DNA from: a virus
Lineage: Duplodnaviria > Caudoviricetes
Virus record (IMG/VR): IMGVR_UViG_3300048606_000134
Coordinates: 1-31,384 of that record
Strand: one strand, 5' to 3'
Length of the DNA: 31,384 bases
Within the stretch, counting starts at the first letter, position 1. Each line of letters opens with the position of its first letter. A program made the translations under genes and the position numbers. The notes beneath the pieces were generated by a model. That model did no database searches, was not told the origin of the DNA, and saw only the letters and a list, made by a program, of their open reading frames with translations. Below are positions 25,991 through 31,384 of this stretch, in pieces.

Positions 25991-26605
25991 TCAATAAAAC
26001 CTTGCAGATTGATGCAGTTCAATAAAAGGTGATTCAGGGCTGCGCCTGTGCATGAAATAAAAGGCTTTTGCCTGTTGTGTAGAAAGATGCCTTTTCCCTG
26101 ATAAATATGGGCTGTATGTGCCTTTCTTTTGATCTCGCACGGCTTCAAGTTTATTTTCATCATGATTGCTTTCTAAAAAGAAATAATCATATTTTTTTTC
26201 AGGCGCATTTTTCAAAGTTGATGTGTCTGTTGCATATATGATTTCCTGCCCTTCTGAAGTTGTCCAACAATAGCCATAAACCAAAACATCATGCATGCAT
26301 TCAAAAGGGCTGAAAACATAATCATCCGTAACAATGTCAAAATCTGCATTAGCAATGATATTGCAATTCCATGCATTATGTACTTCATAATTCCCTATGA
26401 TGCAGATCCTTGGAAATAGGGCTGCAATCTGCTGCATTGTTTTGATATTCAGATGATCTTGATGCGTGTGTGTAATCAATAAATATTTGATGCCATATAA
26501 ATGTTCCCTGATATCCTTAAAAGGCACACCTGCATCAACCATGACATCACCGCCAATAATCACACAATTGCCTTTGCTGCCTGTTGAAATAATGTTGTAT
26601 TCCAT
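25991..26605 (-). CDS. Metallo-beta-lactamase-fold hydrolase (YycJ-like, probable nuclease)
   Basis: STGSKGN, VDAG, ITHTHQDH, HD, YATDT, LESNH, HLS. Confidence 0.9.
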   Translation of the reverse strand: MEYNIISTGSKGNCVIIGGDVMVDAGVPFKDIREHLYGIKYLLITHTHQDHLNIKTMQQIAALFPRICIIGNYEVHNAWNCNIIANADFDIVTDDYVFSPFECMHDVLVYGYCWTTSEGQEIIYATDTSTLKNAPEKKYDYFFLESNHDENKLEAVRDQKKGTYSPYLSGKRHLSTQQAKAFYFMHRRSPESPFIELHQSARFY

Positions 26606-26670
26606 AAGCTGTTCAAATCCTTTTCTGTGTTGTCAAGGCTTTTTGATCGTCAAATTTCGCAAAAATTGTG

Positions 26671-26708
26671 AAAAAAAAGAAGGGAAGCTTTCATCCCCTC
26701 GTTCCCTT
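26671..26708 (-). terminator. Possible intrinsic terminator
   Basis: AAGGGAA / TTCCCTT stem with a large loop; T8 tract on the minus strand. Confidence 0.45.
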
Positions 26709-26744
26709 ATTTAATTCAGCGCTTACCCCTGATTCTTTTTCTCT

Positions 26745-26858
26745 CTATTCTTTGCAGTCTTCACAATTTCTTGGATATCCTGAAGCATTTCCATCAATAA
26801 AACATCCGCACGCTTCACACAATATCCCATCAAGAATAAGATCCACCACATCACCCAT
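26745..26858 (-). CDS. 37-aa Cys4 protein
   Basis: MGDVVDLILDGILCEACGCFIDGNASGYPRNCEDCKE*; TAATG coupling. Confidence 0.7.
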   Translation of the reverse strand: MGDVVDLILDGILCEACGCFIDGNASGYPRNCEDCKE

Positions 26859-27085
26859 TAAATGAAATTTCCTTGCACTCTAAATGCCATTTTTCCATTA
26901 ATTTCTTGGACTTTGATTTTCCCCATTAAAACACTTTTGTCTTCAAAAACAATAATTGTTTCAAGCCTTTCATCAGATTCACCAATGATCCGCAATGTGA
27001 ATATTTTCTGCTTGGCATCCATTTCAAGTGTTTTGATCAATTCATCTGCCAAATCTGCTTGATTATTTGCTTCATATATTTTCAT
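26858..27085 (-). CDS. Hypothetical protein
   Basis: 75 aa in a coupled operon. Confidence 0.7.
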   Translation of the reverse strand: MKIYEANNQADLADELIKTLEMDAKQKIFTLRIIGESDERLETIIVFEDKSVLMGKIKVQEINGKMAFRVQGNFI

Positions 27086-27320
27086 TTTCTGTTTCCTTTT
27101 CGCCTGTTATATTTTCGCCTGCTATTTCAGGCACTTTGACTTTGATCAAAACAGACCAATGTTTATGGGCTTTTTCCAAAGCAATTGGATCTTCCCAAAT
27201 TTCACATCCAACATTTTTAAGATCCTGAAGCGCTTTTTCAATTTCAGCCTTTGAACCATTTATCCTGAAAAGATTCAAGCCTTCTTCATTTCGCCCAAAA
27301 TCAGCAACAATTGCGCCCAA
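27072..27320 (-). CDS. Hypothetical protein
   Basis: 82 aa, TTG start with SD GAAGGGG. Confidence 0.7.
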   Translation of the reverse strand: MGAIVADFGRNEEGLNLFRINGSKAEIEKALQDLKNVGCEIWEDPIALEKAHKHWSVLIKVKVPEIAGENITGEKETENENI

Positions 27321-27337
27321 TCAATCTGCCCCTTCCT

Positions 27338-28030
27338 TCAATTATCATCCTGTTCTTTCTTTGGCGCTTTTTGCATGATCTTCATTTCAATGTAAAAATC
27401 ACTTTCTTCACCTTCAAGTATCAAATCAAATTTTGATAGTTGTTTTTGAATCTTTTCAGCATCATATGTGCCAATAAAAGAAAGATGCAGCCCTTCAATC
27501 ATAATTTCCTGAACAACAGGTGCAGGCGGTGCTGCAACAGGTGCAGGCGGTGTTTCTTCAAGCTGCATCAGTGAAGACTGTATTGCAGATTGAATGGCAG
27601 GTTCTTTGGATGCTGTTTTTGCTGTCGCTTTTCTTGGTTTTTTTTCGCTGCTGGCATCCACTCTTTTTGCTTTTGGCAGCCCAAGATCCGCAACAATTCT
27701 GTAATATCTCGCATTCCATATGCCCATTCCATCTGTGATTGTTTTGTTGCTGTATGTGTTGCGCCAATATGCAAGCATGTTTCTTTGCTCATATTCTTCA
27801 AGCTTTTCAAATTCTTCTATTGGGATTATTTCTTCATATAGGTTCGATATACTCACTTTTGAATTCCCCTTATATTTTCTTTTTTCTTTGCGGCTCATGA
27901 TATCTGAAGGGAATCGCATTTTTCCAACATAGCCATTTTTGCCTGTTTTGTGATGCACTCCTGAAGCTGTTTTTTTCTTATCTCTTACTTCATCATTGAA
28001 CAGCCGTTCTGCCTCGCTTTGCCACATCAT
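27338..28030 (-). CDS. Hypothetical early protein (basic N-terminus, possible HTH, Pro/Ala linker)
   Basis: 230 aa; duplicated PPAPV (17-bp repeat near 27515-27552). Confidence 0.75.
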   Translation of the reverse strand: MMWQSEAERLFNDEVRDKKKTASGVHHKTGKNGYVGKMRFPSDIMSRKEKRKYKGNSKVSISNLYEEIIPIEEFEKLEEYEQRNMLAYWRNTYSNKTITDGMGIWNARYYRIVADLGLPKAKRVDASSEKKPRKATAKTASKEPAIQSAIQSSLMQLEETPPAPVAAPPAPVVQEIMIEGLHLSFIGTYDAEKIQKQLSKFDLILEGEESDFYIEMKIMQKAPKKEQDDN

Positions 28031-28235
28031 GTGATGCCCCTTTTGCTGCTTCCTTTTCCGCTTCCTTTGCTGTGATTAATCTTTTCAATTCCGCTTTGCA
28101 GATCGCAATATCTTTCAAAGTGTTTCTTTTATCCCTGTGCATTTTTTCCGCAATAAATATTCCAAGGCATTTGTTCAATTGGTCAATAATTTTTCTAACA
28201 ATTTGAATTTCATCATCAAGATGTCGTGTGTTCAT
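27993..28235 (-). CDS. Hypothetical protein
   Basis: 80 aa, helical, overlaps its neighbours. Confidence 0.65.
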   Translation of the reverse strand: MNTRHLDDEIQIVRKIIDQLNKCLGIFIAEKMHRDKRNTLKDIAICKAELKRLITAKEAEKEAAKGASHDVAKRGRTAVQ

Positions 28236-28455
28236 GCACTAATTCCTTGCCAAAGATTCTTTGAACGATTTTTTTTTCAATCAAAATTGTTGAATTATCC
28301 AAATCCAATTGTGCAATTTTTTCTGCTTCTTTTCTTGAAAAGATCCCTGCCATCTGCAATGTATCTGTGTAGCCGTGCCTGCTTCTTTTCCAAAAAAAAG
28401 GTCTTCCCATGCCAATTGTTCTTTCTAGGTCTAATAAATAAAATTCTTCAACCAT
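28216..28455 (-). CDS. Hypothetical protein
   Basis: MVEEFYLLDLERT..FWKRSRHGYTDTLQMAGIFS; SD GAAGGGGCGG. Confidence 0.7.
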   Translation of the reverse strand: MVEEFYLLDLERTIGMGRPFFWKRSRHGYTDTLQMAGIFSRKEAEKIAQLDLDNSTILIEKKIVQRIFGKELVHEHTTS

Positions 28456-28540
28456 ATTTCCGCCCCTTCCCATCTGCTGCTTTTCTCTTTTCTATTTGCT
28501 GCCATGCTGCATGGCATCACCCCTTTCAGGCAGATCCAAA

Positions 28541-28795
28541 TCAGGCTTCCTGCTTCAGCATATCTTCTTTCAGTGCGGCAATATATTCCGCATACTTCCC
28601 AAAATAAATATTTTCCGTTGAAATACCATACACGGATTCAAGCTTGATGAAGAAGGTTCTTGGAACATTGGTTGAATCTGCTTCATAATTTGACAAAGTT
28701 TCATAGTGAATTCCAAATTCGCTTGCCGCTTCTTTTAATGTTTTCCCAATGTTCACACGGGCTGCTTTCAATGTTATTTGTGGCAATCTGTTCAC
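28541..28795 (-). CDS. XRE-family HTH regulator (Cro-like)
   Basis: ITLKAARVNIGKTLKEAASEFGIHYETLSNYE; first gene of the early operon. The start may be TTG 28786. Confidence 0.88.
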   Translation of the reverse strand: MNRLPQITLKAARVNIGKTLKEAASEFGIHYETLSNYEADSTNVPRTFFIKLESVYGISTENIYFGKYAEYIAALKEDMLKQEA

Positions 28796-28801
28796 CCCCT
28801 T

Positions 28802-28848
28802 TTCTGCCTTACTCTTTCTATTGTAAAGGCAGAACCTTGCAACATCAA
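28802..28848 (-). promoter_or_regulatory. SigA-type promoter with overlapping inverted repeat
   Basis: TTGATG-N17-TACAAT (28848-28820); TTCTGCCTT-N15-AAGGCAGAA (28802-28834) brackets the -10. Confidence 0.6.
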
Positions 28849-29031
28849 ATCAATTGAACCGCCTGGCACGGAAATATTTATTTGTATTCATATCATAAGC
28901 AGCATCAGCTTGATTTATACCTGAAAAATAAATAAATTTTTTTTGATTAAAAGAATATCTATTTGCCCATGATGTATAAGTTATACAAAAAGCGCCAAAT
29001 TCCTGCCCATTGCGTGCAATTTTTTGAAAAT

Positions 29032-29064
29032 AAAAAAAAAGGGCAGCAATTGCTGCGCCCTTTT
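29032..29064 (-). terminator. Intrinsic terminator after the recombinase
   Basis: GC-rich hairpin AAGGGC(GC)AGCAATTGCTGCCC followed by T9 on the minus strand. Confidence 0.75.
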
Positions 29065-30706
29065 ATGCAAGTTCTTCTTTGATTTCTTTTTCCATGTTCT
29101 TAAAAATTTCATCTGTATCTTTTTTCCAAGCTGCTTTCAAAAAGATTTCATTTCCTTTTTTAGTGTAAATAATTGCTTCAAGAAATTCAGATAATATATC
29201 ATTTTTTTCTTCTTCTTTCATGAATGCATTGGTTCTGCCTGATAAAAATTTTTTTATTTTATCCATTATCTGTGTTGCTGCGCTTGATTCAGATATAAAT
29301 TCTTCAGCATCTTCTTTTTGCAAAGATGTGTGCAGCACTTTGATCATATTTTTAAGATCTATTATTTCATCTCTTTTTTCATCTTCTTCTTCTTCATCTA
29401 AATAAGTACCTTTTTCAAGGTTTTTATTAATGTTTTTTATTGTCCTTTTCCATTCTTCTATTTGCTTTTCTTTTGCAATTTTCATTGATTCTTTTTTGAT
29501 CTGCTGCTTTTTTTCATCAATTTCCGTGTTATTTATTAAATCAATATATTTTTCAAGCTGTTTCACTCGCATTTCCAAAGCCCCAAAAACGATATTTTCA
29601 AAAGGTTCAAGGTTTGATCCGCCATTTTTGCACACTGTATAAGAAGAAAAATCATCATTATAAGTTCTAGTTTGGCAGCTTGAAATTCTTTTTTTGCCGC
29701 CTTTTGATTTTTGAAAAGAATGAACCGCATCACATTCAAAACATCTGATCAATCCACTGAAAGTATGTTTTGCATGTTTTAAGGCAGGCGGTTTTGAGCT
29801 TTTTTTGGTCAATAGTTTCTGAACTATTTCCCATTCTTCCTGTGTCACAATTCCTGTGTGCGTTTCTTCTCTAAAAAGTTGGATCTTTTCATCTGTTTTT
29901 ATCGTTTTCCTTTTTTTAGTTCCTTTTATTTTTGGCTGTGTAGTTTTCCCATAAAGCGTATGCCCTGCATAAGCAACATTGTTCAAGATGCGTGATATTC
30001 CAGCAGGTGACCAAAGCATTTTTTCAGCCGTTTCTATTGTTTCAATCTTTTCATTTTTAAATTTATAAGCAATATCTTTTGTACTCATTCCTTGCATGTA
30101 TAGTTCAAATATTTGCTTTACAACAGGCGCATCTTTTGATTTCACTAGGCGCTTTTTTTCCCTGTCATAAAGATACCCAACAGGTGTTTTTTTGCCTAAC
30201 CAATTTCCACTTTTGGCGGATTGAATTGTTCCTCTTTTTAATTTCTTTTTTAACTGTGTCAATTGATAAATCCCTATTTCTGTCAATACCCCTGCCACTA
30301 ATACATCATTTTCATTATTAAAATCTGAAATACTTCCTGATTCTGTTTGTCCAAATTTACAACCTACTTCTTTCAAAAGTGCTTTAAAAATATGGAAATC
30401 TTCAGTTCTACAAATACGGAATTGGTCAACCACAATAATCATATCGAATTGATAATTTTTTATTTCCACTAACATTTCTTGAAATTTTTCACGTTCCCAA
30501 TCTTCACTACTTTGAGAACCTTCATCAACATAAACAACATAATCAGTGATTCCTTTTCTTGCAGCCCATTCCTTGCATTCATTGATTTGCCCTTCTAAAC
30601 TCATTTGATCTTCCCTTGATTTTCTTGCATAAATTGCTGCTTTTTCTACCCCATAAACATTTTTAAATTGTTGTTGTGGTTCATGCGCTGTGTTCATCTT
30701 TTTCAT
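29063..30706 (-). CDS. Large serine recombinase (phage integrase)
   Basis: IYARKS catalytic motif, DEG..S, R, TPVGYLYD, ILNNVAYAG, HTGIVTQEEW, FSGLIRCFEC zinc ribbon, coiled coil. Start is 30706 or 30697. Confidence 0.94.
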   Translation of the reverse strand: MKKMNTAHEPQQQFKNVYGVEKAAIYARKSREDQMSLEGQINECKEWAARKGITDYVVYVDEGSQSSEDWEREKFQEMLVEIKNYQFDMIIVVDQFRICRTEDFHIFKALLKEVGCKFGQTESGSISDFNNENDVLVAGVLTEIGIYQLTQLKKKLKRGTIQSAKSGNWLGKKTPVGYLYDREKKRLVKSKDAPVVKQIFELYMQGMSTKDIAYKFKNEKIETIETAEKMLWSPAGISRILNNVAYAGHTLYGKTTQPKIKGTKKRKTIKTDEKIQLFREETHTGIVTQEEWEIVQKLLTKKSSKPPALKHAKHTFSGLIRCFECDAVHSFQKSKGGKKRISSCQTRTYNDDFSSYTVCKNGGSNLEPFENIVFGALEMRVKQLEKYIDLINNTEIDEKKQQIKKESMKIAKEKQIEEWKRTIKNINKNLEKGTYLDEEEEDEKRDEIIDLKNMIKVLHTSLQKEDAEEFISESSAATQIMDKIKKFLSGRTNAFMKEEEKNDILSEFLEAIIYTKKGNEIFLKAAWKKDTDEIFKNMEKEIKEELA

Positions 30707-30761
30707 CTGCCCCTTATCTTTCAATGTATTGATATTACTAAGTTTCTAGCATATCACACTA

Positions 30762-30811
30762 TGTTGCATTTTGAAAGCTGTTTATAAACAAACCATTTCT
30801 AAAATGCTACA
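30762..30811. other. Candidate attP site
   Basis: 50-bp imperfect palindrome: TGTTGCATTTT / AAAATGCTACA outer arms, GTTT.T / A.AAAC inner arms, central AA at 30786-30787; just upstream of the recombinase. Confidence 0.6.
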
Positions 30812-30818
30812 CCTAAAC

Positions 30819-30850
30819 AAAAAGAAAACAGGATGATATTTCATCCTGTT
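30819..30850 (-). terminator. Intrinsic terminator after the 49-aa ORF
   Basis: AACAGGATGA / TCATCCTGTT 10-bp stem overlapping the stop codon; T-rich tail. Confidence 0.7.
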
Positions 30851-30990
30851 ATTGCTGCGCTTTTTAATAATCTTTTCACTAATTTTTCAAGATCCAATTC
30901 ACCATATTCTTCAATTGTTCCTACACCTTCAATTGTGAATGTATTAGTGAGTTTTTTATCTTTCAAAAGTTCAATATGATTTTCATGCAT
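30841..30990 (-). CDS. 49-aa protein, candidate recombination directionality factor
   Basis: SD GAAAGGGATG; MHENHIELLKDKKLTNTFTIEGVGTIEEYGELDLEKLVKRLLKSAAITG*. The RDF role is inferred from size and position only. Confidence 0.6.
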   Translation of the reverse strand: MHENHIELLKDKKLTNTFTIEGVGTIEEYGELDLEKLVKRLLKSAAITG

Positions 30991-31065
30991 TGCGGCTTCA
31001 TCCCTTTCTATATTTCAAGTGTGGGCTGAAAGAAAATAAAATAAACATTTTATGTGCAAAATAAA

Positions 31066-31110
31066 AGGAATCAGGTGTGCAGGCATTGCCCCTGATTCCC
31101 TCCTTTTTTT
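31066..31110 (+). terminator. Hairpin with T tract (plus strand)
   Basis: GGAATCAGG / CCTGATTCC stem followed by CTCC and T7. Confidence 0.45.
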
Positions 31111-31118
31111 GAAATCAT

Positions 31119-31148
31119 AAAAAGATCCGCAACCATCTGCGGATCTTT
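31119..31148 (-). terminator. Intrinsic terminator
   Basis: AAAGATCCGCA / TGCGGATCTTT stem; T5 on the minus strand. Confidence 0.65.
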
Positions 31149-31156
31149 GCCATTAA

Positions 31157-31252
31157 TCACTTTTTTTGCTGCTTTTTTTTAAAAAGATGTTGATGCGTTT
31201 TCAAATATTCTTGCAATATTTGATATGGAATCAACCATGATTTTTTATTCAC
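31157..31252 (-). CDS. Possible 31-aa basic peptide
   Basis: GTG start overlapping the upstream stop; MNKKSWLIPYQILQEYLKTHQHLFKKKQQKK*. Confidence 0.35.
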   Translation of the reverse strand: MNKKSWLIPYQILQEYLKTHQHLFKKKQQKK

Positions 31253-31384
31253 TTTCTTCTTCCTTGTATGTCTTATCAACTTTATTATAAATCAAAGAAA
31301 AAACTTCACTTGAAAAGCCCTTCCCAAAATAATCAGGAATATCAATTTCAACAGATCCCCTGCCCATCATCAAATAGGATTCTG
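31245..31384 (-). CDS. 3' end of a hypothetical protein (truncated by the right edge)
   Basis: Open frame ...ESYLMMGRGSVEIDIPDYFGKGFSSEVFSLIYNKVDKTYKEEESE*. Confidence 0.55.
   Translation of the reverse strand, partial: ESYLMMGRGSVEIDIPDYFGKGFSSEVFSLIYNKVDKTYKEEESE

Larger units (their letters stand above)
1..31384 (-). mobile_element. Temperate siphophage genome segment (Bacillaceae-type host inferred)
   Basis: Contiguous integrase, replication, packaging, head and tail modules; no host housekeeping genes. Confidence 0.95.

Noticed and set aside
25957-26163. Alternative-frame minus-strand ORFs (also 4975-5178, 9144-9416, 24215-24451, 27568-27810)
   Set aside because: Nested within or largely overlapping well-supported genes, with no independent signals.
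27515-27552. 17-bp direct repeat
   Set aside because: A simple PPAPV linker duplication inside a CDS.
28980-29010. GCAGGAATT-N-GTAT as a SigH promoter
   Set aside because: The -10 mismatches GAAT; too weak to call without TSS data.
31040-31085. SigE/SigK promoter for the candidate RDF (CATAAAAT)
   Set aside because: The -10 fits, but there is no correctly spaced -35.
1-31384. tRNA, rRNA, IS elements, introns or inteins
   Set aside because: None recognised; TerL, PolB and the helicase have uninterrupted, normal-length frames.

Overview
The window is about 31 kb of a temperate Bacillaceae-type siphophage (HK97-like head, likely cos packaging), with essentially all real genes on the minus strand. 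In transcription order (right to left): small ORFs; a candidate recombination directionality factor, attP-like site and large serine recombinase; an XRE/Cro-like gene and early hypotheticals (three tiny Cys4 proteins, an MBL-fold hydrolase, a DUF1351-like protein); a family B DNA polymerase and a primase/SF3 helicase followed by an iteron-rich origin; an ArpU/RinA-type late regulator; a moron block (signal peptide-LysM-NlpC/P60, an intracellular subtilisin with a LIPF motif, a small membrane peptide, a convergent candidate sRNA); an unusual cassette at the head of the inferred late operon (three coupled small membrane proteins, a ~1030-aa BppU/HxH-repeat fibre, a lysozyme-like protein, an FN3/discoidin-like protein, an HNH and a paralog of one of the membrane proteins); the cos region, a second HNH, TerS/TerL, portal, protease, capsid, a Q-rich orphan, neck genes, major tail protein, a frameshifted tail chaperone and the 5' part of the tape measure gene. 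Main points of interest: the fibre/muramidase/adhesin cassette bracketed by paralogous holin-like genes outside the tail module, strong two-strand depletion of GAG/CTC and CCAG/CTGG, and an intact RDF-attP-recombinase layout. All family calls come from motif recognition by eye; no database searches were run.
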